From: Guillardia theta CCMP2712
Taxonomy: Eukaryota > Protista > Cryptophyta
Reading direction: 5' to 3'
Length of the DNA stretch: 64,000 bases
NCBI RefSeq assembly: GCF_000315625.1
Contig: NW_005434644.1
Location: 316,973-380,972 of the forward strand
The first letter of the stretch is position 1; each line of letters opens with the position of its first letter. Under the pieces are notes generated by a model. It searched no databases. It saw nothing but the letters and a program-made list of their open reading frames with translations, and was not told the DNA's origin. Shown here in pieces: positions 10,357 to 23,375 of this stretch. Position numbers and translations under genes: made by a program.

Positions 10357-11587
10357 GAGGATATCTTGGTGTCTCGACCGCTCACTAGGACATGAAAGGG
10401 CTCTGTTCAGGAGGAGAGAGAAACGACAAGATGCTCAGTCCCGGGTTCCAAGTCGCCTGAAAGTGACGGTTGGTATTGCCTGACCTCCTTGCGAGAACTA
10501 TTCCGCTCGCACAAGGTACATTCGTTCCAAGCTTCGACGCCAGTGCAGAACTATATACTTCTGAAAAACTAATGGTCACTTCGACGAAACACAGAGTTGG
10601 TTGCATCGTTGCTCGGTCACAAAAAGGAAGGCGGAATGCATGTGGACAGATAAGCATTCTTTCTCTAGCTATTGTTTCCCAGACAAGGAAAACCTCAACA
10701 AGTAACTATCTAGTAGAACACAACATCACCGAACGTTCCCTGTCTATGAAGTGCCCATCATGTTGACCTCTTCCTCTTCCTTCTCCTCTTCCTCTAGTTC
10801 ACATTTCTTGCATGTACAACATCTACAACCACTTAACTCACATATATCACATGCTCATGCAATTTTCAAGCACTTGTGTTGCCTCGACTCTTCTTCCAGC
10901 CCTATGTTCTGCCATCTCCTCTCCATCGCACACTTCATATTCTACCGCCTCCCATCCCCCTTCGCATCCCCGCGCCCCTCTGACCCAACCACCGGTGCAT
11001 TGCCAAGAAATCGATTCCTCTTGGGCTTGGTTGGGGGGTTGTACCAATGGATATGGTGGGGTAGCTTTGAGTGGGGGTCCTTGGTAGCATTAGGGAGGGG
11101 TGGGTGAGTTCGCCTACCATGGGTCACTTCACACCACAGAGTTTCATGGGTGGGGTTACGCTTTGTGGAGGGGGTGGTTGAATTGCTGATTCTCTGCAGA
11201 TAGTGGGTAGGGGTCATAACCCCCCACTGTTCTTGGTACACGTTGGTAGAGGTGTAGAACGGAAAGTAGGGGGACGAGGGGCCTCTCAGAACTCAGGTCC
11301 CGGTACGGCGGCCCGCCGGCGCACTACTGCCGCCGCGGCCGGGGGCCGGCCCCGGCCGAAACTCCGACAGTGACTTGGGCCACTGAGGCTCAGAGGCTCC
11401 GACTCTGGTCCAGCGGCTGCCCGGCCCGCGGCGACGGGCAGCTTTAGAACTGTACGCTAGTAAACTGCCATGAGTCAAAGGCTTTACTACTTAGTTACCG
11501 TACAAGTCTTCTTTCCGCTACTGATACACCAACAATGGAGCACTGTCATCGACTTGCCCAGCAGTGGCTCCTACTGCTCAGTGAGGA

Positions 11588-14500
11588 TCACTTCTTCCTC
11601 GCCGGGTTTCTGTTCTGCTGTGCACGAGACGCGTCCTTCTTGCCGGGGGGAGGAGTCCTTCCTTTGTTCCCTCGGCCTCCTCCGTCGATGGCAGGAAGAA
11701 AGCTCTGAGGTTTCCCTGCTGGAGCACAGGGGTAAGAGGACAGTGACGCGTCTCCATCGAGCAACGAGGTACCTGCATGCTCCTGGCTCTGTGCTTCACC
11801 GGGGGCCCTCCACCAGTCGTCCTCCATGAACTGCTGCATGTCCGGATCGAGCGGATGGGCGTTCATCCGACGAGCAGGAGAACCCAACTGCGGATCTCCA
11901 GCGTTGGGCATGTGCTGCAGGCCTGCGGGGGGATGAGAAGCTTCCTCCTCCTCTCTGCCGTCCTTGCCTGCGCTCGCCAGCTGCCCTGGCATCCCGAAAG
12001 GGTTTGCGAGCATCGGCATCTGACATGAAAGGTTACATGATGACGTCTTGCAGGTAGCAGCGGCAAGGGGGGAGGGAGGGAGGGGAGGGAGGGAGGGAGG
12101 GAGTGGGAGGGAGGGAGTGGACCTGTGGGTAGCCGGGAGGAAAGTTGTTGAACATGTGGGGATCATCATAGGGGGGATCCATCCCTCCTCTCCTCATCTG
12201 GGGGTTCTCGTGGCCCATTCCCTGCTGTTTCTCCGGCATCATCATCGGATCCCCAGGCACGTGCGGCATCGAAAAGAAATTCGCCATGGGCATGGGAAAG
12301 CCGAACATGGGACGCTGCTGCTCCGTCAGACGTGAAGGGAGGATACAAGGATGCAGAACCTGCTGCAGCATCGGGAACGGCTGCTCCATCCTCTCTCCGT
12401 GCTGTATCAGGCCCTCCTCCTTCTTGAGCTGACCAGCGCCCTCGTTTGTCGGCTGCAAGACAGGAAGAGAGAGGAGGGGGACGGGAGGGAGGGAGAGGAG
12501 GGAGAGGAGGGAGTAGGGAGGGATAGCGAGAGAGGAGTGCGAGGAAGGGGAGGGGAAGGCGTTGTCATTCATCATATGAGGCTGGAGAGGAGACAAGCAC
12601 CTTCTTTGATGGCGAGATCTTCTGCTTTCCCTCAGGCATCCCCTGCCCTCTCCCTCCTTTCCTCTCTCCTCCTTTCATCCCGTCTTGCCTCCGACGAGGA
12701 GCCAGCCCAGGGCCCAGCGGCCCGCGCGGCTGATTCTCCTCCTCCTCCTCGAAATCTTCTCGGAGCTCCCTGGCTCCCTGCTGCAACGAGTTTTCCTCCT
12801 GCATGTCCGCCCGCATCGCGTTGACAAAATCTTTGTGCTTGTGGTCAAGAGCCTGGAGCTGAGGAGGATCACCATCACAACAAGGAGAGGAGAGGAGAGG
12901 AGAGGAGAGGAGAGGAGAGAGGAGAGGAGAGGAGAGGAGAGGAGAGGAGAGGAGAGGAGAGGAGGAGGGCAAGGGCAAGGGTAGGAGCAAGGGGAGAGGA
13001 AGGGGGAAGGGGAGAGGTGGTGGGAAAGGAAGGGAAGTTGGTAGGAAGGGAGGACGAGTGGGTCAGGGAGTACGAAGAGAGGATGACGGAGGGGGCGGAG
13101 AGTAGGGAGGGAGGAGGAGGAGGAGGACGGGGAGAAGGGAGGGAGAAGGAGGAGGGCAGTGTTACCTGCATCTCGGATTCTTTCTTGATCTCGTCAATAC
13201 TTTGTCTCACGTTCTGACCCACACGCGTTAGGACGAGACTTGACCAGAACACTCCTCTCCTCGCACCTGAAAGTCTCGCAGGAAGCTCTGCTCCTGCACG
13301 AACTGGCGGGTGATGTTCTCCATTTTGCCTGCGCTGCAGTGAGAAGAGGGAGGAAGGGAGGAGGCGAGGAGAGAAGAGGGAAGAGAGCGGGAGGAAAGTC
13401 AAACCAGAGAGGAGAGGAGAGGAGAGGAGAGGAGAGGAGAGGAGAGGAGAGGAGAGGAGAGGAGAGGAGAGGAGAGGAGAGGAGAGGAGAGGAGAAGAGA
13501 GGAGAGGAGAGGAGAGGAGAGGAGAGGAGAGGAGAGCGGGGCAGGAGGAAGAGGAAGGGGGGAGAAAAGACCGAAGAGCCCGGAAATCTTTGTTTTTAGG
13601 AGCTCCGTCTGTCTTCTCTGGTCGCGCAGCTCGTGCAGGTTATCAGCGAGCAGCTCCTTCAGACGAGCCTTCTTTGCATTGGCGATCTCAAGCTCGTGCC
13701 GCATCCTTGCGATCTCCTCCATCGCCATCCTCCGCTGCCACTCTGCGTCCTGTCCGAACGTCAGAGGGAGGGAGAGTGAGTGAGGGAGTGATGGTGGCGA
13801 GGTGTCGAAGGTGGATCCAGGGAACTGCACGGGGAGAGGACGGAGGGGAGAGGACGGAGGGGAGAGGACGGAGAGGAGGGCAACACGCTCTCCGAGTCAC
13901 CTGGCGGATTCTTTCCATCTCCATCTCAGAGCGGAACTGATTCATGTCTTGCGCGCTCCTCAGCTGAGTCTCCAGCTGACCGACCTACAGCCTCTCCGTC
14001 ATCCCCGTCCCCCGACCTCGGGGTCACTCACTTGGATCCGTAGCTCGAGGATCAGCTCGTTCTTCCTCGTCAGCTCCTGCCGCCCTCCCCTCAGCTCTCC
14101 CTCCCCCTCCCTCACGCTCCTCCACGCCTCACCTCCTTCAACCTCTCCCCGGCTCCCTTGCTCCCCCCGTACGCTCCCTCAGCCCCAGCCCCAGCCCCAG
14201 CTGCAGCTCCTGCCTCTGCTCCTCCAGGAAGTTCCTCAGGCATCCCCCCATGTTCTTGCTCCTCCATCCCAGCATGCTGGGGGAGCAGGTGAAGTTGATC
14301 GTCTTCGCCGAACGTGAAGGGCTGATGATGATACCGAGAACGAGGAGGGTCGATGAAGTCGGAGTCTTCCTCCTTCATGCTCGCGCTCGGAGCCTGCTCC
14401 TGCATCCTCTCCTTGGGCTTCCCGCCGTCGTGCACAGCCTCCTCACTCATGTCTGCACGCCTTGCTCAGATCACAGCAGACCTCCATACTCCTCCTCCTC

Positions 14501-16309
14501 CTCCTCCTCCTCCTCCTCCTCCTCCTCCTCACCAGCCCACATCCTGTCAGCAGCCTCGCGCCGGGCATTGAGCTCGAGGTCCATCTGTCCTCGCAGCGCC
14601 TTCACTTCCGCCTGCTCCTTGTCACGCAGGCAGGACGGCAGTCAGGAGTCACCTGCAGCGCGTCCTTCTGCGCCAGCACGCGCGTCATCTCCTCCTGCCT
14701 CTCCCACGCCTCCGTCTCCGCCCTCTCCTTCCCCTGCTCGGTGACCTCCAGTTGAGCCTCCAGCTGGGCTATCCTGCTCTTGAGCTGCTGGGACGAGGCG
14801 CTGGGCCCCTGCTCTGCTCTGCTCGCCGGCTGGGACAGGGGGAGGTCCGAGTCGGAGATTCTCAGCTGCTCCTTCCCAGCTGAGGCCCTGCTCATGACCT
14901 GAGAGTTCTTGTCCAGAGCCGCGTCCACCTGCCCCACAGAGTCTGCTGGAGTCGAGCAGGAAGTGGAGTTACCATCTTGTCCAGGTCGTAGCCGCCTCTG
15001 TCCTCTCCCTCCTCCTCCATGGCCTGTGATGGGCGTCAGGGCAGGGAAGAGGGGCGGGGGCAGGGTGAGGAAAGGACCTGCTCAGCGCCTTGTGCCATGA
15101 CCTCCTCGAACGTTGGCTCCTCCTCTTGCTTCCCATCGCCTACAACGCTGTCATTCCCTCCTCGCACTTCGATGCCGCTCACCCTCACCTCCTCCTTCTT
15201 CCAACTGCTCTGCTCTCCCCTCTTCCCCTCCTCCCGTCTCGTCTGGACCTCCTGCAGGCTCATCGCTCGCAGCCCCTTCCTCCCCTGGAAAGAACCGTCA
15301 CACTTCCTCCTCCCAGCAGTCCCTCTGCTCTGTTCCTGCAGGGTCTTGCTCCCCTCCAGCAGCAGCAGTTTCCCCTCCCTCCCCTTCAGGCTGAGCATCC
15401 GTCTCCTGCCCTCCTTCGCCTCCTCCTTCGACTTCTTCCCCTGTATTCACATCAGCGAGGGCAACCGGCACCATCTATCTGCTGCCTGCTCCTCCTTCGC
15501 CCTTGTCTTCATTACCACCATCTCCTTCTGCTCACATATTCAGTCTCTCAAGCTCCTCCTCCCCTTCCTTCTCATAACCTGGAGGTGCCTCAGGTTCCCC
15601 TCCTCCTCGTTCGTCTCCCTCCGCGGCCGATTCTGCCGCCTCCTCGCCCTCCTCTGGTGCCGCAACTTGAGGCAAATTTCCTCCTGTATCCATCATCACC
15701 GCAGGAAGCAATCAGAACCTGCTCACCTTCACCCTCTTCCTCTCCCTCCTTTGCTTCAGCCTGCTCGTCGCCTGGAGCGGGAGGAGCCGTCTCGGCTTCC
15801 TCTCCTCCTGCTCCTCCTCCTTCAGCAGCACTAGGCGGATCCCCTCCTGTCTTTATCATCAAGGCAACAAGAGTGAAGGGTCTTGGCGTTCACCGGCCTC
15901 TCCATCTGCCGCGTTCGTTTCCTTCACTTCAGCGTTTTCTTCTCCTGCAGGAGAGATGACCAGGCGATGAGTGGAGGACTGGGAGACCTTGAGCTTCTTG
16001 TGCTGGCTCCTCTGCTGCAGCAGCTTCTTGCTGGTCGCCTTGACAGCATGTCACGATCAACCTTGCAAGGAGAAGATTTCAAGGACCTGAGCGCGGCGCG
16101 GCTTGATCCTGCTCTGCACCTGAGGGCGAGAGATCAGCTGGTGAAGATCATGATGGGAACAAGAAGAGTATGTCTGTATAAGGACAACCTTCCTCTGCCG
16201 GAGCTGCCTCCTGCTCATCATTCTACGGGACGACGATCAGACAAGATAAGATCGTAGGTTGTCGCACCTGAACAATGTCCTTGATCGCTTCTTCTTCTGC
16301 TGCAGCCAT
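11588..16309 (-). CDS. Hypothetical multi-exon coiled-coil protein with Pro/Met-rich C-terminus
   Basis: Exon-like segments (MAAAEEEAIKDIVQ; AEWQRRMAMEEIARMRHELEIANAKKARLKELL; MANPFGMPG) separated by GT-AG pyrimidine-rich introns. No recognised domain; could be more than one gene. Confidence 0.5.
12883..12960. repeat. (AGAGG)n microsatellite
   Basis: Direct reading; intronic. Confidence 0.95.
13406..13533. repeat. (AGAGG)n microsatellite
   Basis: Direct reading; intronic. Confidence 0.95.
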
Positions 16310-16842
16310 GGCCGGAAAGATTCAATCGCAACGTCGAACGAGTATCAAACACAGAGAGTCCTGAATGTCATGCGATGAAGATCAATCTGCGGATGAATGA
16401 GTCATGGCAGCTACAGGGTCTCCGATCGGTACGGCACTGAAGCGATTGGTCTAATGGTGATAGATGATTAGCACAAGACCCCTCCCTCAGATCAACTCTC
16501 CTCTCCTCTCCTCTCCTCTCCTCTCCTCTCCTCTCCTCTCCTCTCTCCTCCCCCCTTGACACTGTTCTTCCTCCGCCATTTCCAACGGCCGATAACCCCC
16601 ATCCCCGCTTCGACCCAACTTCTTACAAGTAATTGTATATTGGAGTTAAGTGAAAATTCAAGGATTCGCTAAATGCAGCATAATTTCCGGCCAGGGAGAG
16701 GAGGGTAGGAGGAGGAGGAGCGAAGAAGACGCAGGAGCGCAGCATGGAGATTGTTGTTGGAGTGAGATCAGGAGGATCATCGTGAAGAGTGAAGGACCAT
16801 GGGAAGGCGACTTGCTGGCGCTGATAGTGCGACAAGTGCCGC

Positions 16843-18270
16843 CATGGAGGAGGACTGGTGCGGTGCCCCCTTCCTCCTGGACTGCTTCGACGGCGTGACG
16901 ATCTTCTCCAAGGAGACTGAGGGGACCTGGGGTACAGCACGTTTGTGCCTGAAGGACATACGGCACGCGTCTGCCTTCGTTCGAAAGATCTTGCCCCCTA
17001 AGGTGATCACGGACATAGTGATCAAGTACAAGCTGGTTTCATCCGCAAGGAAGGCAGAAGGCCTCGCGCAGGATCTCAACAACTTGAGGCACCTCTCGCA
17101 CCCTAACGTCGTCAAGTACTACAACGCAGTCCCCTACGAGCACAAGGGGATCCGCCTGGGAGTGCAGGTGGTGTGCGAGTGGTGTGACAAGGGAAGCGTC
17201 CTTGACCTCCTCAAGTATCATAAGAAGCTCCAGCACAAGGGCAAGACTAGCCTGCAGGAGGAGGAGGATGGTAGGAGACCGTTCCTGTCGACTGAGACGA
17301 CGAGAGGGGTGCTGAGAGACGCGGTGAACGCTCTGTGTTACCTGCACGATGTGATCGGGCTGGTGCATGGCGACGTCAAGGCATCCAACATCCTCTTGAC
17401 CTCCTCTGGTCAAGCAAAACTTGCCGACGTTGGGCTGAAAGACTCCCTTGCTAGTGCGGACGACGAGAGCGATCAAGGTTCGCCAGCTGACGTGTGTTGG
17501 CTCTCCTGTCGTAGCTGATGCTGGCCAGCAGTGAGGACAAGCTCAGGTTTGCGCATGACGCGAGAAGATCTAGGTGAAGAGGGCTGGGGGGTGACGAGCT
17601 GGTCTGAGGAGCTGCATGCAGATTGCTTTCACCTCGGCTGTGTGGCGTGTGAGATGCTGACGGGGTCGCTCATGGAGGAACGATTCCATGCAAGATCCTT
17701 CTTCTCGCACTCGGAGCTGGTCAAGGTCAGTGAGCGGAAACATCTGATGTTCGACCGCGTCGTGACATTTGAGCCTTAGGATCGGATCAAAGTGGACGAG
17801 GTGATGAAGGACGTGCGGAAGCGAACGGCATGCCAGAGCTCCTGGTGCACGGTGAGTCGGCAGTTCGGACGGGAGCCTTTTCATGTTTTGCCTTCAGCAT
17901 TGCAGCGGCTGTGTGTTAATCAACTTGGCTGCGAGATTGATCAGTCCAGGTATGTCATCTTCGATGGGGGAGAGAGGGCAAGCCAGGAGAGGGAGGGAGG
18001 GGAGGGGGAGAGAAAAGAGCGAAGTGCTAGAGAGCGGAGGGCAAGGCGGATGGCGCTGAAGGGCATCCAGGGGCGGAGAGGCGGATGAAGGCGAAGAAGA
18101 TCCTAGAAGCCCTTGATGAGGAGAACATCGTCGTCAAGGATGACAACCCGTCACAGATTTCTTTGCCGCATGATAGGACGAGGGAGATGTACGACTCTCT
18201 TGAAATTCCTCCTCTCCTCATCCCTTCATCGCGCAACCACCGGCGGGACTATGCGAACTCGCACCTCAAG
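16843..18270 (+). CDS. Ser/Thr protein kinase (multi-exon, divergent)
   Basis: LRHLSHPNVVKYY, VCEWCDKGSV, ALCYLHDVIGLVHGDVKASNILL, KLADVG, ADCFHLGCVACEMLTG. The 3' end is uncertain. Confidence 0.82.
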
Positions 18271-18580
18271 GTCCCCTCCTCTCCCCTCTCCCCTCCTCTT
18301 CTCTCCTGCCCCCACCCTATAATGCCAAGCATACGGGGGAGGAGGGAGGTACATCGAAATAAATAAGCGGGGCACAGCAAAAAGGTTTTGACGGTATTAA
18401 GACCATAAACACAATATCAAATCGATAGGAAAGATATCATATTCCCTTTCACAATATACACGGATGTTGTACAGAAAGAACTTGTTGTTTACTGCTCATC
18501 TTTTCTGTCTATAGTCTCAATATCCAAACGAGCTCTTCCTGACCGAGGGAGCATGCCACTCGACGGAGTTAGCGCAGAAT

Positions 18581-18706
18581 CCCTCCGAGCTATCGAAGCT
18601 TTCTGATCCTGATCCTCCACCTTCTCCTCCGAGCTATCAAAGCTTCCTGATCCACCTTCTCCTCCGAGCTATCAAAGCTTCCTGCTCCACCTTCTCCTCC
18701 GAGCTA
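18581..18706. repeat. 35-bp minisatellite, ~3.5 copies
   Basis: TCCTCCGAGCTATCAAAGCTTCCTGATCCACCTTC; GAGCTA at 18587, 18631, 18666, 18701. Confidence 0.9.
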
Positions 18707-18949
18707 CCCCATCTTGTCCTGGGATCCTTTCAAGCCTTTAGCTGTCTGTACTCATCCATCCGATCCCCTCTTGTGCGCAAAGACATAGAGATAAAACGCT
18801 TCCCGTCTCGCATGCTTTCATGACCTCAATTGCTGCCCAAAAATGATGGAAAAGCGGAGCACATGACTTGCTTTTATGCATTCATATTCTCTTCTCGCCC
18901 CGTGGATTGCACTCATCTCATCTCTTATCTCATCTCATTTCATCTCTCT

Positions 18950-19049
18950 NNNNNNNNNNNNNNNNNNNNNNNNNNNNNNNNNNNNNNNNNNNNNNNNNNN
19001 NNNNNNNNNNNNNNNNNNNNNNNNNNNNNNNNNNNNNNNNNNNNNNNNN
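18950..19049. other. Assembly gap (100 N)
   Basis: Run of N. Confidence 1.
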
Positions 19050-19333
19050 CCCTCCCTCCCTCCCTCCCTCCTCCTCCTCCTCCTCCCCTCCCCCCCCCCC
19101 CCCCCCCTTCCCTCCCCCAACCACCCGCGCCCGCGAAAATCCTTTGCCTCTCCCTTTCCTCCGCGTCCCTCCCCCTTCACGTCAACTCTGCCTGACCCTT
19201 GCTTCCTGGCTCCTCTCTCGCCTCTTGTCATTTCAATTCTGCTGTGAGTTTGACCTGCCGGCAGGCGGACGCGGCAGGCGAGCTGCGCAAGTTTGAACTC
19301 GGAGCAGAGGCTGACAGGAGAGCAGAAGCAGCG

Positions 19334-22300
19334 ATGAGCTCGAGGGCGAAGGAGGAGCGAGGAGGTATGAAGAAGAGGTCGACCCCTGCCCCTCACTTCC
19401 AGTCAGGCGCTAGGGGAAGATCCGACCTCTCGAGCTTGTCGAGCATGCGGGATGTGGTCAAAATGGTTCTCGAAGATGTCGAAAGGCGATCAGCCGGAGG
19501 AGGAGGAGGAGGAGGAGGAGGAGGGACGGGGGGACGGGGGTTCACTGTGGATGAACTCGTCAAGTCGCTTGGAGAAGCACCCCACAGGAGAGCTTTCAAC
19601 CTGGCAGACGACCAGCTGCAGCACGAGAAATTTCTGTGCACGAAGCTCGCGGAGGAAGCAGCTGCTGTGTGGGCGGGAGGCAAGAAGGCTGCTGCTCTTG
19701 ACCTTCTCCGACGCTCAATCCTCCTCTGTCCAAGGGATCTGCCCCTTCCTGTGCTCCGGCTCTGCGGGCAGGTGAAGAATCTGCTCCTGCTCCTGCTCCT
19801 GCTGCTTTCCTCCCCTCTCCTCTTTTCCGCTTTCCTTCTTTCATCCTATGTTTATCATTAGTTGCTCTCCTCTCCCTGCATCCTTGATCCTTATGTTGCC
19901 TTGTGCAGATGCTTGCACAGTTTGAACAGCAGCCAAAGCGACAGCAAGTTGGCGCGGAAGAGGAAGAGGAGGAGGACACGGTAGGGAATGTAGAAGGCGG
20001 TGCTGCGAAACGGATCTTGAGCTTCGTAGTCCAGAAGGATCCCAGGTGAGGAGGAGGAGACTACTGACGAGCGCGTGACCTGCTGCTGCACAGGGACATC
20101 CAGTCATCTCTCCTCCTGGCCCGGCTCACGCGCACAGCGGGAGAAGTCAGCGAGGAGGAGGAGCTTCTGTATCAGGTCTCGCCCCTTGCTCCCCGCCTCC
20201 GCCTCACCGACATGACGGTGCAAGCAGGTGCTGGAGGAGCGACCACATCACCGGGAGGCCTGGTACTCCCTCGCTCTCCTCATGATCAACCGCGGCGACC
20301 TCAAGGCTGCGGAAGAATACCTCAGGAAGAGGTGCAGACTGAGTCCTTTCCTCCCTACCTCCTTCCTGTCCTGTTGCCGTTCCTCTGTGCAGCCCTCCTC
20401 TTCTCTCCTCCTCCTCGCTTCTGCCGTCGCTTCTCTCCTCACCCCTCTGAATCTTCCTTGTCCCCTTGCAGCTCCCTCCCTCTTGCTCTCTAATGCTCCT
20501 CCCCCCTCCAACGCTCCTCCTCCTCCTCCTCCTCCTCCTCCTCCTCCTCCTCGCCCCCCCCTCTCTTCATTTCTTCCCCTCGTTTGCCCTTTGCCTCCCA
20601 GCATTTCTCACATCCCCGCAGCCTCGAGATTGATCTCGATTTCGAGCCTGCCGTCCAGCTCCTCACCTCTATCCTCCTCAAGTCCTCGAGGACCGAAGAG
20701 GTCACAGAGCTAACGAGGAGGAGGGAGCAGGAGGAGTCGAGGAGGAACCAAGCGTCCTGGACGGGATTTTCCAGAGCACACCAGGGAGTCTCAATGGCAC
20801 CAGCAATTGTTGAGAAAGGGGCAAGAGGAGGAGGAGGAGGAGGAGGAGGAGGAGGAGGAGGAGGAGGAGGAGGAGGAGGAGGAGATGTGGTGATGGGTCA
20901 ACGAGGAGGGGATCGTTCACGTCCTCGACGTACACTCCGAGACTTGTATGACGCAGCGAGACAAGAGCAGAAGAAGCAGGAGGACCATGACGACGAGCAG
21001 CAGGAGAAGCATCGGGAGGAGCATCGAGAGGAGCAGCGGGAGGAGCAGCGGGAGGAGCAGGAGGAGCAGCGGGAGGAGCAGGAGGAGCAGCGGGAGGGGA
21101 AGCTGAGCGGGAGGCTGGAAAAGAAAGTGGAAGAGAAACTGGATGCACGGCAGGAGCAGAGTCACTGGGTGGGTTTGCCTGCTCCTGCCCCTGCTCCTCC
21201 GTCCGCTGCCTCGTCGGATGTGCCGGAGGAAGACTCGGAGTCAGAGAGGGCAGAGAGCTCGCGCTTGAACTGCATCTCCTTCGTCAACAGCCTTGGGAAC
21301 GTCGTACACGTGGTGGGGGCGATGAACCAGCCGCATCGCCTACCGGAGGACCCAGAGTTTGCGCAGGGGAAGTACAGAGACCGGAAGGAGTACAGGAGGG
21401 AGGAGGAGGAGGAGATGATGAGGGACCCCGACAGCGACGAGCTCAAGATCCTCAAGAGGGTGAAGCTGAGCATCGTGGCAACCAAGAAGATCGACGGGAC
21501 CCTGAGCAGCTTCGTGGGCTACGTGATCCAGTGCGAGTGGGGGGAGGCGACGTGGCAGGTCATGCGGAGGTTCTCCGAGTTCGTCAAGCTGGTGGAGCAG
21601 CTGGAGTTGAGGTCGGGGCGGATGCACCTGAAGCACCTGCTCCCCCGCAAGGTGGTGTGGGGGAGCAGGAGAGAGTCGGTCGTGTCCGAGAGGCAGAAGC
21701 AGCTGGAGCAGGTGCTCCTCTTCGTCCTATCCTACAACCACCACGAGATACTCCAGCATGACAACAACCGTAAGCTGCTCCTGCTCTTCCTCGCTGTTCC
21801 AAAGTCCCTCAACGAGGCCTCCTCGCTCCCCCGCGGAGTGCTGAGGAAGAACACCTCATTCTCCAGCTCGGAGATGGTGGCGATAGAGGAGGAGGAGAAG
21901 TCGGACGTGAGCCAGCACGCTGGGAGCGTGCGGAGGATCACGCTGACTGACGGGCATCATCTTGCTCTTTTCGACGACAACGGAATCATTCACAGTGAGA
22001 CGATATTGGGTGCAACCCCGGAGAGGTGTCACCGTAAGTACAAGGGCAAAGGGAGGAGAACACAGGTGGGCTGGGGCTTCGAGGAGGAGGAGGAGGAGGA
22101 GGAGAAGAGGAGGGAGGATACGCTTGACAGCATGCTTGAGGCTGAGAGAGAATTCTTTGCCTCCTTCTGCGATGAGCAAGACCTAGAGGACTTGCAGCTT
22201 GGAGAAAAAGAGTCGGTGCGACGAGAAGGAGGAGAGGGGAGAGAGGGAACAAGAGCAGAAGGAGCAGGGGGGATACAAGAAGGAGAGCAGGAGCATGGGT

Positions 22301-23058
22301 TGATAAGCCACCAGACATCTCTTGACGAAGTTGAAGTTGCTGAACCTTTCAGCAAGCCGAACTTGCCACCTTGTTCGCTCAAGTCAGTCAACCATCTTTC
22401 CGACGAGAATCCTCAGAGAACAGACTTTATTATCTCACAAGCATCTCTCATCGCACAGCAACAAGCTGTTCAGCCTTGCAGGCCACCAGCTGACCACCTT
22501 GATCCTCCTCCTCGTCCCTTTACAGAGAACCCGCAGGAGGAAGACAACAAGCGACCACAAGCAGCAGAAGGGCAGGTGGCTGCGGAGGAGGATGAAGGGG
22601 AGGAAGAATCGTTCAAGGATCTGAAGCAGGTCCTCTCCTCGTCTCCTTGTCGTGTTGCTGATGCCTCACAGCTCGAGGAAGCCCTCAAAGACGCGCACCG
22701 GAGCTTGCAAGAGGCCACCCAGTCAGTCTTCCTCCTTCCATCAGGAGCCGCGTATGAGCTAGGGGACGAGATCGAGGATGCGGAGGAAGAAGAGCAACAG
22801 CTCCGGCGAGACTACAGCGACTTCGAGGTCTTCACTCCTCCCCGCCGTCACTTTGCCGAGGTTTCTTCATCCTTCTCCTCCATTCCTCACATCGTATGAC
22901 CCTCTTCCAAGGCCACAGCAGGAGAAGAGCAGGACCCCTTGAGCTTCCGTGGTCCTTCTACTCCATCCGACCTGCTCCAGCTGCCAGATAAGCTGCTGGA
23001 GGAGGAGAGAAATCACCCGCAGTTGAATCCCAGGATTGGAATGCGGGTAGTGCTCTAG
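19334..23058 (+). CDS. TPR-repeat and PX-domain protein (multi-exon)
   Basis: TPR-like VLEERPHHREAWYSLALLMINRGDLKAAEEYLRK; PX domain VGYVIQCEWGEATWQVMRRFSEFVKLVEQL...LLPRKVVWGSRRESVVSERQKQLEQVL. Confidence 0.75.
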
Positions 23059-23164
23059 GAGGAAGCGTCCTCTTTAAAGACACGCTGTCTCGCGAGTACA
23101 GCAGCGTTCAACTGATGAAACGTCTTTCTCTTGCCTCCTCAAACCCCATCCCCTTCCTCCTCTC

Positions 23165-23268
23165 CCTTCGGCGTTTGGTCAGTTGACTCCTTCGGCGTTT
23201 GGTCAGTTGACTCCTTCGGCGTTTGGTCAGTTGACTCCTTCGGCGTTTGGTCACTTGACTCCTTTGGC
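23165..23268. repeat. 24-bp tandem repeat, ~4.3 copies
   Basis: (CCTTCGGCGTTTGGTCAGTTGACT)n between two convergent genes. Confidence 0.92.
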
Positions 23269-23375
23269 TTCCTCCTCCCCATCACGCTCGCGACTGTGCT
23301 GGAAAGCAAAAATCTCTCCCTCCCAACCTAGAAGGACAAGGGAGTCAGGGAGGCAGCAGGATATGGGAGGAGGAG

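Noticed and set aside
17420-17435. Pseudokinase because of DVG instead of DFG
   Set aside because: The catalytic HGDxKxxN loop and the Mg-binding Asp are retained.
18581-18706. 35-bp repeats as a CRISPR array
   Set aside because: No unique spacers; a tandem repeat.
23165-23268. 24-bp repeats as a CRISPR array
   Set aside because: Head-to-tail with no spacers and no cas genes; a minisatellite.
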